A DNA stretch of 64,000 nt from Lingula anatina (GCA_051362555.1 CM120640.1:29903967-29967966), one strand, 5' to 3'; numbered from the stretch's first letter, positions 38,600-51,700 are shown. Translations and numbers: made by a program. Notes: generated from the letters alone by a model not told the origin.

Positions 38600-41120
38600 A
38601 GTTTGCAGTGGTTTGGTGCCATTTCTATGTGTGGAAAACAAATAGGATTCTGAGTCAGAGTGTAAAGCAATACTTGGTGCACCTCAGACATTTCTCATCA
38701 CATTATACATCAAGATGTCAGACCTGGTAATAATGAAGTAGAATAACTGGTAATGAAGCATGTGAAAAACTACCTTGATCAGAACTCTGCAGTTCACAAT
38801 GTATTACCTGAACACATGATGACTCTTCTTTCTATTGCATCACTCTTCATTTTCTGAGCTTGATAATTTTTTCCAGGGGCAGACACTGTCATATGGCTAT
38901 TGCTTTTGTTTACTGACTGTAAAGTGAAGTTAAATTACTGGCTCTGTATCACAAAAAAGGGTTACACTGCAGCAGGACCTTTTATCATGCTGCTTATCTA
39001 TGTACACATTTTAATATCATTTTGAGATATTATCTTCATCCAAATTTTTTTATTTAAACAATTAGGATTTGCTGCTTGAAAAGCTTAGCTAGTACATCCC
39101 TTGGGATGCATGTTATTTGTCAAACACTGTGATATTGCAATTGTTGTCATTTATATAGTTAATATGTTAGATTCAAAAAAATAAATTCACAAAAAAAAAA
39201 AGTTAAGATGAGCGAAGTTATTTAGGACAGAGTAACTTCTTCAATATCTTCAATACCTTAGTCTAAAAGGATAACTAGCAACATTGTATTATACAGTAGT
39301 GGGTTAACAACAAGGACTTTATTTAAATAATTAAAACATTCTGTTGCGTGTGAGTAAAGTTATCTTACTAAACTCTGAATTTGATATATTTGTTATGATT
39401 TTTAAATCATGTCAGCACTATAAAGCTCGGAGAATTGCTGTTTAGGGGATGGGGAAGGGGGTTCATCTCAACTCAAAACATTTGGAGCATGAGTGGAATG
39501 ATCTCAAATTATCAATTTTAATCTATTACCACGGCTACTGGGTGGACTTTTGTTTTAAACATATGTCCATATAATTGCTTGAGATTCTAAAATTTTACCT
39601 CCAGCCTGAAAATAATGCATTAGCTCTACTAATAATGATTTTAAAATGTACTGTGCTAAAGCATAACACAATGGCCTCAAAAAGGGTAAAATATTGACCA
39701 GTTTTTGCCTCCAGTGTTGATACGGGTCCCAAATTTTTATCTTATCTCTGATCTCCTCCACCAGAATACTAGTAAAGCAAATCAGTTTTCCCCTTGGCAG
39801 AGCCATACATAAGCTACAAAAAGATTCATCTGATCTTCATCAATAGTAGTGCCAATGCATAAATTTTGGTCCAGCTCAGCATAAAAAAAGGCCTTACGCC
39901 CAGTGCTTAAGGGAGGAAAACCTCCCAATTGGTTCTTTAAAAGAACGAGAAATCGCTTGGCAATAAAATCAAAACTTCTTGACATTTAGTTGTTGATAGA
40001 ACTTGCAAAATTTTATGTAAACAATCGAGCAACAAAAGGGTTGACTACATACTTCTCAAGTTCACAAACACATGATGCTTCCAGATGGCATGCACAATCT
40101 TGCAGGATCCACAGTGCTGTATGATAAGGTAGAATTTTGTGATGGATCATCACTGGTGCCTCAATTATCAACCTGGTACTAATAAATGAAAATTGAAAAA
40201 AAAAAAAAGCCTGAGGAAATTACATAAGAACATCACGATTTACCAAGTATAAGGTGGATCTGATGTCTTCTGTTATTTTATTCAGATTTTTATCTTTCAC
40301 TTCCTCTCAATTCTGTCTCAAGCTAATCTTATCATCTCTACAGGTCTATGTGGATAAATAGTGCATGGCCTCACTGTTGTGAGCAGATAAAACATATTTA
40401 AATGTAATTTTTGCCTTCCAATTATGACAGCTGAGCTTACTGCCAGTGAAATTTTACTGTATTACTTACTTAGTGTTTATTTCTGATGCAAGTTTCCACT
40501 GGTTCCTCTTTATTGGACTTTTCCTCCAAAACTAACTGTTGACTTCCAATGTATTCTCATTGGTCGAAAAACTTGAAGTTTATTTAAAAAAAAAAACATT
40601 TGAAACAAGTAAGGAAATTTCCACACTAAATTATTTTAAGACATTTCTCAAAGACAACCACATAATTATTAGATAAGCATCGAAAATGAGAGTTACAGGC
40701 TTGGGGGAATACAAAAATACTTAGTTCTTCTTTACCACGTAGTTGTAAGAGATAAAAGTCCCGGAGAATTTGTGAATATTGCTGAAAAATAAAATCGAGT
40801 TAATTGTCCCTTTTCTACACTATGGTAAACTAGTATGGTGTTCTAAAGTAGCTTTCCGTAGTTTGGGGGTCTATAAACTTGGCTGATTAACCCGTCAAGT
40901 TGACAGTTTAGTGTGAACAAAAAAAAAAAAATTCTTTGATATCAACCGTGCCAACGGAAAAAATCACACTTGTAAAATTACCGTTTTTGTCTCTAGTTAA
41001 CATACGTGTTCTCGTACTTTAAATAGTCTAGACATTTTCACTCTTTCGTTGCCTACGGTATGCAGAGCGAAGAAAATGTTAGACTTTTACTTACCTACCA
41101 CGAGGCAATGAATCCGCCAT
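38600..41120 (-). pseudogene. Degraded second, convergent spliced gene of the 11.8-kb element (possibly Ulp1/C48-like)
   Basis: AAAATGGCGG start (MADSLPR) then a GT donor near the right TIR. Coding-like frameshifted blocks at 39555-39985 (IDEDQMNLFVAYV..LICFTS..KIKIWDP). Identity uncertain. Confidence 0.4.
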
Positions 41121-41180
41121 TTTGTGCTGTTAATTTCAAGTGGCGCTTTCGCACATGCGCAGTCGTTTGAAACCTGTGCT

Positions 41181-41626
41181 TGTGACATCAACAATTGCTG
41201 TTGTATTATGGGAAGACATTGAACATTGTGACATCAACAATTGTTGTATTATGGGAAGACATTGAACATTGTGACATCAACAATTGTTGTTACATTATGG
41301 GAAGACATTAAACATTGTGACATCAACAATTGCTGTTGTATTATGGGAAGACATTGAACATTGTGACATCAACAATTGTGGTTGTATTATGGGAATACAT
41401 TAAACATTGTGACATCAACAATTGCTGTTGTATTATAGAAAGACATTGAACATTGTGACATCAGCAATTGCTGTTGTATTATGGGAAGACATTGAACATT
41501 GTGACATCAACAGTTGTTGTTGTATTATGGGAAGACATTGAATATTGTGACATCATCAATTGCTGTTGTATTATGGGAAGACATTGAACATAGTGACATC
41601 AACAATTGCTGTTGTATTATGGGAAG
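41181..41626. repeat. 46-bp minisatellite, block 5 (~10 units)
   Basis: Same unit; the array ends here. Confidence 0.97.
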
Positions 41627-42192
41627 CAGTTGGCAAATACAATATTGCATAATGTCTCTGTAAGACTGATAACTCTTCACTGTTAGCTAAACATTTTTAA
41701 ATGTTAGTCTATAGAAATGAGATCTTTCCAAAAAATTGTGAAATAGTTATTCCATTTATTGATTGAGGCAGTTGATAATGATTTTAAAAAATTATATATA
41801 AATAAATTGTTGAATAATTTTCCCAAATTTATTTTATTTTTACTAATTTAAATGAAAACAATGATTAATTCAAGAATTGATATAAAATCTGTAGGTATCA
41901 TTGTGTGGATATAAAGAAGGGCTGTGTGATGATCCTCTTTAGCACAGAGTTCAGACACCTAGATAATGTCAACACTGGAAAGGTGTTTATGCAGGTGAAT
42001 TATGAGTTTGTAAAAACAATATGCACTGCCTGTTGTTTTATCACTATGAAATTAGTTTAGAAGAATTCCTGCTTTAAAATGGCAATTCCATTGCACAGCC
42101 TTTAAATTGTCTTCAGTTATAGAAAAAGATCCAAAGAATGGCTTAACTTCTGAGTTATTACCATAATTTCTAAATGATATACATTATTTCAC

Positions 42193-42276
42193 TAGATATG
42201 TCTGTCATGCCTACTGAACCTGCTAGGGGATAATTTATTATCATTTAGCAGGTTCAGTAGGTGTGTCAGACATCTA
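42193..42276. repeat. Fold-back palindrome / minimal MITE
   Basis: Arms TAGATATGTCTGTCATGCCTACTGAACCTGCTA / TAGCAGGTTCAGTAGGTGTGTCAGACATCTA. Confidence 0.8.
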
Positions 42277-45200
42277 ATTAAGCCACTTAAGCTGAAAGCA
42301 ATGAGCGAGAAACCCTTTGGAGATGGATCGATCCTGTTAGATTGATCTAAGTATATGGGAACCCAGTTTTAATATTTGCTATGTCTAAAGGTTGATTTTC
42401 TCCTATTACATGAATTAATATTATATGAATCAGTATTATATAACCTATTTGGGTTTTATGTAAATATGATGATGGTTTACTCATACACTGTACTGCCATT
42501 GTTAATGAATGGTTGTGTTCAGTTGATAGTTTAAAATATTGAAAGACTACAGACAAAGTAGTATTGATGACTGGCCAGAAACCAAAAAATAAGATTTGGA
42601 ACAATGAAAAACAAAAATTCATTTCTATTATAGACAGACCATACCTGTTGAGGTGAAAATATCTGATTTTTTTCAAAGAATTTACAATTCTTGTGTCACC
42701 TCTCTTGCCTATAGATGAATCTGCTTCATATAGTGAAGAAGATATTTGTTTGATGTGTGTATTTGTGTGTATATATTCTGATCTCTATGGGCCTCACAGA
42801 CACCATAGGTCAACTTAGAGTGATCCAACTCTGTGCCTAGACTCTCGCAAAGTGCAATCAGCTTAATTGACTGAAGCGCCTCTGCAGGCATTGAATAGAA
42901 TACAAAACAGCTGCTGATCGATTATGGAAGTATGTTGGAAACAAGAGGAGGCATGTCATTTACTTAAACTGTTTGCACTCAACATGAGTCCCTGCAAATC
43001 TACTATCAATGTTAGCTTTGTTTTTTACTTGATTTTTCATTTCAGAATTTTGGCACATTTCTTGTGGAAGTAGTGAACAAGGACAAGAAATTATGGGTGT
43101 TTACTGAGACTTTGGATGCCATCGTTGATCATCTGGACCTGTTGTCATGGAGATCAGGGTGACAGACATACTCCAGACCATATGGTACCACAGCTGACAG
43201 CTGAGGTAAAACTGCTCCCTGTGGTTTTATTTATTAATTAATTTATTTATTTATTTACCAAAACAACTAAAAACCTATATCAGCAGTAGTTCCATCATAT
43301 GTGTAGTGGACAATATAAAAAAGCGTCATGTTTTGCTTACTAAAATGATTCCTGCAGTTGGGTATTTAATATATTCTTTTACAGTGTAATAATATCTTTA
43401 TTTCAAGACATATTGATCAATTAAAGCAATGGATATCTTCTGAAAGAATATTGTGAATTTTTTCCAGATTCATGAACAGAAAAGCAGCCTGGGAGCCCAC
43501 CTTCCTATCAGTATGACAGCAAGGACAAATCTGATTCAGTTCATAAATTACAAGTCTTAACCAGTAGATTAACTTAGACCCATTCCCTTACCTAGATCAA
43601 TCTAGCAGGACCGAGCCATCTCAGAGGGAATTCTCACTAAATTTGAGTTCAGATTAAGCAGCTTAGAATATTATATTTTATACATCTGGCACACCTACTA
43701 AACTTTACATCAATCGAAATCAAGTGAAGTCCAATGCGTTTAATTCTAAAAAATAAAAGATAATATATACATATCGTAAACTTTGATGTTGTGAAAAACT
43801 CAAAAACTGGATTAGGGAAGAAAAGGAAGCCAATGTTCAGATTTACGCATCAGATATTATTTTCAGAAATGATGATAAAAAAAATCTACTAATTTCTCAG
43901 GTAAAATAATACATTTACAGAAAATCACAAAATGGAGGGCATCCATAATCCAGGGACATCGTTTTCTGAACTAAAAAATTATGCTTTGCTTGTCTTTATA
44001 TGTATTTATTTTATACAGAAGTTACACATACCACGCAATAAAGTGGCATGGTAGGTATACGGATATGTATGAATGCGTATGTTTTTGAAAAATGTGTATG
44101 TGAGAAGTGGTTTGTATTGTATTGTACATTGTAATGTTTATTTCTTCAGTCTATTTAAAGAAAAATACATAGAGTTTTTAGAGAATGTACGCATCTGATT
44201 CTATTCCGAAATGTACATCTTTAATAATCCTTACATAGAATACACTGATAATGTTACTGAACATGTCAAACTACTGTCTCTAAGTCAGTAATTAAACTCA
44301 TCACAGGCATCTGTAAGTAACAGGAGAACGAGAAGTGTAATTTAATGAATTTGCAGATTGTTACTTTTCATGAAATTTGTATTTGAAATTTATTTGAAAT
44401 AAAGGAAATGTTTGCACACACTTGTAGAAAAGTGTACAACTACCAGGGTGGTTTTATTGGGTAGTGGGTCAAAGAGGGGGGGGGGGGGGGATAGAGAGTT
44501 CGAGGCCCATCTCGGCATGCCTATAGCTTAAGTGCATGTCTCTGTGGTTTAGGGGTACAGTGGTTGCCTGCTTCACAGATTAGATTCCTGACACATTTGG
44601 AAAACATCAGACTGGCTTCTGTCTTGAGAAATGTACTATTCTTTACATCATCTACTTTCCAGGGAAGAAATTTTAAGCTTACGGCAGCTGTGGACAATAT
44701 GTCTACCAATAAATTACTGAGATCTCTAACAGTAGGGCCGTTCAATGGATTTTGTTTTGGTCATTTCCTATAAGTCCAGATTAGGGCGTTTTATGTTTAC
44801 CTTGTTTTTTTTTTTAACTAGTGAAATAGGAAAAAAATTAATTCAACCAATAAAAATATTGGAAATCTAAATATCGGATTTTTTTTCATTTGAGACAAAA
44901 CTAAATAAAGAACTGAATATTATAATATTTATTATTTTAAAAGTGGAATTAATATTAGATACTTAGAGAGAAAAAAACTACTTAAAACGTTTATCCCCTT
45001 AAAATCAGAAATCTAATATCGTCGGTGAGAAATGAAAAGAGAATTTGCTGAATGGGTTTGTGTGTGCGTGTGTTCAAATTCACAATCTATTTAAAGAGTA
45101 TTAAAATAAAAGTATTTTGTGGTAATTTTCCTTATATCTGATCTACGGTGTACAGTATAAATGGGTGATGTAAAGAATTCTAATTAGGAAAAGTGAGTAA

Positions 45201-45514
45201 AATGCAAGTAAATAGAATGCTTTTTATTTTATATTCCGGAGTCTAATATATTATTCTTTCCAACCGAAAATGCTACAAATTAATTACATTCAGAACGTTG
45301 TCTGTGCCCAGCTCTTTGAAGGATGACCTCGTGCTACTGGCATTCAAAACACACATGAGCGCCAAAGAAACAGAAATGAAAGGATACACAGTAAAAAACG
45401 CGTTCTGAGAAGGGAAGAGAAATGTGGGTGGGGGTCGATACTACAGTCTACACACCAGGACTTGACTCTTCAATGATGGCAATAGATCATTCTTGGCTGG
45501 AATACATGATTCTA

Positions 45515-45746
45515 GGACCCTCCCCCCTCCCCGGACAATTCCTCCTAGACAACCCCCTCCCCCGAAGACGACCCCCCTAAGGCAATCCTATGATTATCTG
45601 TTTACCCATAGCCTGGAGATAGCGTTTTATGAAAATCAGGCATTTATAAATTTTCTCAATATCACATTTTCATTCTCATTATTATGTTCATTATGGGGGG
45701 GGGGGGGGGGGGGGGGATTTTCCGGGGGTGTCATGCTACCCGGATA
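45515..45746. mobile_element. Degenerate MITE with C-rich/G-rich subterminal repeats
   Basis: CCCCGGACAATTCCTCC..GACAACCCCC on the left; GGGGATTTTCCGGGGG..CCGGATA on the right. Confidence 0.5.
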
Positions 45747-46698
45747 GATGTTTGAGCTCTAATATTATCTGATGACCAAGATGAATAAGAACATTTGAAG
45801 TTTTTTTCAAATAATATGTCCACGAAATTGCTCTTGGGAGACAAGGATTAAGAAATCTAAATTGACTTATCAGCTCTATTATTTATGACAGCAGTTTCAA
45901 TAAAATTTTGTTCGGGACTTCCAGGCCTTATAAACGGATTAGGAGTTTACTGACACTAGCCGCAGATCTTTCAGCACTAACGTTCATATTAACCACAAAC
46001 CCCGCGACCAACACACCACACACTTATTTAGCACCAACAAAATGATATCTATAGCACTAACATTCATCCGCTCTGGTAATACTGCAAGACTAAAGACTCC
46101 TCAGGTAAACATTTAGCATCGTGGATCACCCCATACTTCATTACCCCAGTCAGAAGGTGAAAACAACCTGCACGCACTTGACATATATCACTGCACTCAA
46201 TTCTGATGAATTGTTGACAGGCTTAGAGCTGATACACCTTTAAAATATCAATACATTCGTGACATCAGACATAACCTTGTTCGCACTGAGAGGTACATTT
46301 TTAAAGTTAAAACTGGAATTCTTCACTTTGTGAGGATTTATAACACGTAAATACTCTGCAGATGCTTTTACTACCTTTCGCAAGCTCTTCGGGTGGCGTT
46401 TTATTATTTTTGTTTTCAAAGTTTCTCGCTGGACAACACTGGACAAAACTATTTAGAATTGGCCAGAAAAATATCTGTGACGTTTTAATGAACAATTCTC
46501 TGTGTGGCCCTGGTAGGGGTTACTACTGCCCTTTCAAAAATACAAGCGAGACTCCGCTCCCGCTGATTCTGATGCTGTCTCAACCATGATTGTGACGGAT
46601 TCCACAGATATCACCCCATTGTGTTAGTGAAGACATAACGTGAGACGGGGAGGGAGGTGTATTGCAATGAGTGGAGTGTTTGAAGGGGAATGTGGTGT

Positions 46699-46730
<32 letters not shown>

Positions 46731-49700
46731 TGGATGTAGGAGAGAGGAAGGGAGACACAAAAAGATCAGTTCGTTACAACAGTCGTACTAACTCATGGGA
46801 AACAAATATTTTCAGGTTGTCCCCGACAGCATCTAAGAGACTTCTGGAAACTCGCCTCAGCATACCTGTGGCAGTGTAAGTAGTAGTACCAGTGCATGTA
46901 GTAGTAGGCATACAAGATGATTTAGTAGTAGTGGGAGTAGTAGTAGAAGGCTATGTAATTACTGGCATAGGCTGTATATGTATATAAATAATACTCACTG
47001 CACGTTCCTGTGATGACAATACAATTAAATCTAGGAAACCAATCGATTGAGCAATGAGCAGATCTGGCTTCAATCTCCCCCTTCTCCCCCCTCCCCCCCC
47101 CCCCCCCCCCCCCCACACACACACAAACGCGTGCGCGCAAACAGTTTTTGATAATAATAAAAATATGAGACTGAAATTTCTCTCAGGTGCGCCCGCAAAC
47201 ATTTCAAAATTGTACGCATAATTCCAGACCAAATATATAAAAAATTTTCCACATATCCAATCCTAGGTTTCAGCTAAGCATGCTAGTCCACAGACACTTA
47301 CAGTACAAAAATACGGAAAAATTCATTTCGATTTCATGTTACGGCGTCTGTAAAAAATGTAGCCTTGGCTGATAATGATAAGAACGCTGCTGATGCTTAT
47401 CTCTCCAGTGGTGATTTCCGACTTTAGTTCTAGATACGTGTGTGTAATTTAATATTGTCCATCAAAATGTAGTAGTAGTAGCTTGTAATTGAATTAATTT
47501 GGTTTTCGATTTTATTAATGTCTCAATTATACCTATTTTAACTGTTCTCCCCCTCTTAATCTTTCTTGCTACATGTAACTCAAAACATGTTCTCTGTCAC
47601 TGTGATTAGACATTTCAAATGAGCCATATTCCGCATTTATTATGCTGTGGATATTTTTTGCTTTTACAGTACAGAGATTAGCCATCTGTTTAACCAGAGG
47701 CGCATCTTTTAATATCTAGTGAAAAACAAATCTATGGCCCTGGTAGAGGGTAGCCAGAGGCTGTGGTGTGTTGATTTTGATGCTGTCTCAACTAACGCGA
47801 GACGGTGAGACGGCTGAAAGGTTTATAAAGAAATGACCTGATAAATCAAATGGAAATGACAACATGATATTTTAGTTTAAATTAGATGTCGACGAATCTT
47901 TAAGCAGAGAAAGCTGGATTAAAAGGAAATATGTTGAAATAAAAAGGCACTAAAATGATGGGGGGAGGGTATGATGATGGTATAAAAGGTTTGGGAGAGT
48001 CGGGGAAATTGAGTTTTGAGAGCGTTCGGGTGTTTACTGATGTCCTTTAACTTTAACACACCAGGTTATACAAACTTTTACAACTTTTGTCTCTAAAAAA
48101 CTGTACAGATTATTTTTTACTTATATAACTACCGTATGTTTCTACTATAGTAATTCACAAAGATGAACTTTAAAGATGACGTCTATTTAGAGAAAGCGCC
48201 ATTACTAAAAACGCAGCACTAGAAAATTAACTGGCAAAGCGTGAACGCTACGAAAGGAACTAAAATTAAATAAGTTACAAATGGAACATAGAGTGCTGAA
48301 AAAATGTACGTGGAGTCAAAATTTGCTTACTTTTTTCACATCAAGTATGTTTGCCGACTTGCACGAAATATTGCACATTTTCATTTAATTATGCACTTAA
48401 GTCTACGAGTAACCAGAATATACATCAGAAAACATAAAACAGAAGTGCTAATGAATGCAATTTCGTGCTTTTCCTAGGCAATGGGCTAAAAAAAGAGTAG
48501 GACAGATTGCGGTTTGAAGGACAGAATGATAATTCAATTTTTTTAAATTAAAAAATGATTTTTTACGAATTGAGATATTTGGTACTTCACAAAGAAATCT
48601 CAGCAATATTTCAAAAATGTTCTAGTGACATAAAAAGTTATGCTAACGACGTGAGTGTCAACTCTGCCTGAGGTGTGCAACAAGCCACACAACGGAGACT
48701 GAAATATCGAAGCGCAAAAAATGACTTGTTTTAATTATTGATTAAAATAGGCTGTTAGTAGGCTATGACCAAGTTGTTAAACAGCCGATGGAATTCTTAA
48801 AACATTGAATGACTCTAAATGGAATTTAATAAATTTCTTTATTGCCTATTTGATTTTTCTATATCATTTTGTAAAGTCAGAGTATTTTATTGTAGCAAAC
48901 TGCTAACAGCACAATTCTAACCGACGCGTTACTTTCCAAAGCATAAAAAAATAGTTTTTTTTTTTGTGTGTGTGTGTGTGTGTGTGTATGTGTGCGTGTG
49001 TCGGGGTGGAGGGCGTGGGTCTTGCGAGGGAATCTTCCTCTCTGGCAATTGTCAATGTTGACAGGTACGTATACGTAATGGTCCGGGAGAATCGAAGAAG
49101 TTGAGTTACAACAGGGTTAATGCTACAGTATTTGTCCTCAGAGTCTGTCTCAACATGATTGTGACGGTGTCCATGAATTTCATCATATTGTGCTAGTGAA
49201 GACAGCGATAAATGATAGAGGGCACTGATATGATAATCTTTTTCATAATTTCTACGGATTTCACAATAATTTTTTTATATCTCAGTGGCTGGACCCTGGT
49301 CATATCTGTTGCGATGCCAAACCCCCCTCCCGCCTTGCACAAGTATCTTGGTCGCAGTCCATTACAAATCCAAAGTCTCACCTCTTGCACAGCGCCATCT
49401 ACACTCAACAATGTTTATATATGGCGCGTGCAAGTGGTGACGCTGAGAAAAGTCGGAATTTTCATCAAACGTTCTGTACACTGAGTGTAATCTTCCATCA
49501 GGGCACTTTTCTTAGATGGTTTTGTTATATATTCTGTTGGCAAACATTATCGGTAAGTTCAGGATAAGACATCTGAAGGGAAGAACACATATGGCATCGA
49601 CTGTGTCAGTTGTGCACTGTTCACATCACAATGCAATGTAGCACGAAAATTCATGCGTTATCACTCCTATTGACCTTGTGTTAGCACACTGTGTGCTAGT

Positions 49701-50035
49701 ACAGCCAGTACATATCAGAATCGTCAATCGGAGTGCTAACGCATGAATTGTCGTGCTAGATGCAATGTGCTGGGCTACAGAACGTTGACGCTACAGATTA
49801 AAGACATTAAAAGTGCTTTTGAAGAACTGACAAGATTTCAAGCTGTCATCTACTTCAAACTCCCCATTCAGAGAATTGACTGGAGAACTGATGTTGTTTC
49901 TTCTATTGCAATTTATAAGAAGGCCTTCTTCCTCTTGAGTAATCTGTCGAAATAGTAATATATGAACTGAACTATGAATAACACAAACTTCCCATGGAGT
50001 GTCCACTTACGTGAACTAGCAAGGCCACCCCGCGT

Positions 50036-51700
50036 TTCAATTCAATTCAATTCAATTCAATTCAATTCAATTCAATTATTTCTCTTGTTTTCACATTGAG
50101 AACATGTAACCAATTTCCAATATTCTTTTGGAATTTTACTTCTCATGTTCTTAATTTTTTTTTTAATTGGCATCTATAATTAGTAAAAGATTTATCCATT
50201 ACAGTTTTATAATGTTTCTGAGCATCAAGAACCACTTGTTTAAATAAAGTGGATCCATATTTGTTATATTTACAATGACATTTACAGTACTCCTTACGTG
50301 CGATACGACACTCATTGCCGAACTCCTCTTTATGCTTTTTCGGGGTATATTTAGTTTTATTGTTGTTATATCTATAAGATCCAAATGTTTTCTTAGCTGA
50401 ACTCAACAATACTTCAGCAGTCTTTTCAAAAATTGAATCAATTTCCTTTTTCTCCACACTGCCAAGATCCAATCTTTTGAAACCATTTTCAATTTTTTTG
50501 TATATCAATAATACAAACTACGTCAATTTTTCTCTTATATTCGTCAGCTTTATCAGTATGCCATTGTTTAATTCTTTCTATGTGTTCACCCACATCTATA
50601 TTACCCTCTAGAGTACACCTATTAGAGTTCTGTTGGATTATACTGAGGTGGCAAACCAGCGGTAAATGAATATCTGAATAAAGACAGTTAAAATTTAAAA
50701 TCTCAAAATATGTGACAAAATTTAAGAAGTCAGCATTAAAAATAAAATAATTTACCAACTTGATCATCACTACCCACTCTTACATTCATTATATACAAGC
50801 TGTGAGTCTAAGAGACCATTCCCACAGATATTTAGATCGATCTATCCCCCTGGGGAGTCTCACTAGATTGCTGTCAGCTTAACCGGCTGAAATGTCTGTC
50901 CCGCCTACTAAAAGCTGTAAGAGGGTAAATAACTTTTGTGCGCGCTTGGCTCCTGGCAGCGGACAGCAATTAAGTGTGAACCCAATTAAGTGTGAACCCA
51001 AATGGATCGATCTAAATCTGTGGGAACCCAGTCTTACAAAAATTTAGTAAATAATTAACAAAGTTGTTAACTGTACTGTCTTTACTCATAGGTTTTACAC
51101 TGGTCCCATTTATCTCTAGTTTATGGACATCTGTTAAATGATCAAAATTTTTACCAAAAGCTATTTCAAATTCAGACAGTTCACTTTCATCATAATAGTC
51201 ATTTTTATCGCCCACCCTTGAATTAAAATCTCCGGTAATACAGACGTGGCTATAGTTAACACATAAATTAATGTATTCAAGTTCTATTTCAGCAAATGCA
51301 TCAGGTGAGCTGTACCTTGATCCCTCAGGTGGGATATAAACAATTCCGGTGTTTGGGTCAAACGGTGGATTGTCAATGTAAAGTTTGTCTACCTTCAAGA
51401 CAGCTTTCTTATCCTGGTTCTTAGCTTCCTTTAGGTGCGGAATCAGCATCTTTCTTCGTTCGTTTATTTTCTTAGGAAACTGCTCATTGACTCTGAATCA
51501 TTTATTTCCTTAGGAAATTGCTCATTGACTCTGAATCGTTTTCCCTTCAGCGCTCACAGGGCGGCTTTCCTCAGCATTACCTTGTCCGTTAATTAATGAT
51601 CCACACTTTGCGATGGTTGGCCTATGTTTCCCCAGTGTATGCTTTTCCATGCGGTGAACCCTTTTCAAATTTTATTTCGTCAATGATTCCCAGAAACTGC
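50036..51700 (-). mobile_element. Internally deleted CR1/L2-group LINE relic (ORF1 end, APE endonuclease, (TTGAA)n tail)
   Basis: ORF1-like LIPHLKEAKNQDKKAVLKVDKLYIDN fused to VYIPP..CITGDFNSRVG. SDIHLPL motif and WF-like FGNECRIARK region. (TTCAA)8 at 50036-50076. Confidence 0.85.
50814..51033. mobile_element. MITE nested in the LINE
   Basis: TIR TTCCCACAGAT(AT)TTAGATCGATC ... GATCGATCTAAATCTGTGGGAA. Related ends at ~42320-42363 and ~43578-43625. Confidence 0.7.

Larger units (their letters stand above)
29338..41180 (+). mobile_element. 11.8-kb DNA transposon with 9-bp TSD, Academ-related
   Basis: TSD TGTGACATC (29329-37 / 41181-89). Imperfect TIR AGCACACGAACGAAACG / AGCACAGGTTTCAAACG (12/17). 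Contains a large spliced transposase gene. Confidence 0.85.
4299..43560 (+). pseudogene. Decayed spliced host gene (possible death-fold/TRADD-N-like protein); exon relics ~4299-4526, 41895-41994, 43046-43205, 43468-43560
   Basis: Canonical AG/GT boundaries. Joining 4526|41895|43046 reads ...VECVKVMREDRYHCVDIKKGCVMILFSTEFRHLDNVNTGKVFMQNFGTFLVEVV. The first exon has LLDILLKKEKIDLEN*YDTL* with stops and a frameshift. The domain identity is a guess. Confidence 0.35.

Noticed and set aside
4642-41626. 46-bp palindromic repeat as a CRISPR array
   Set aside because: Units are head-to-tail with no unique spacers, there are no cas genes, and the context is eukaryotic. The interruptions are kilobase transposons with TSDs.
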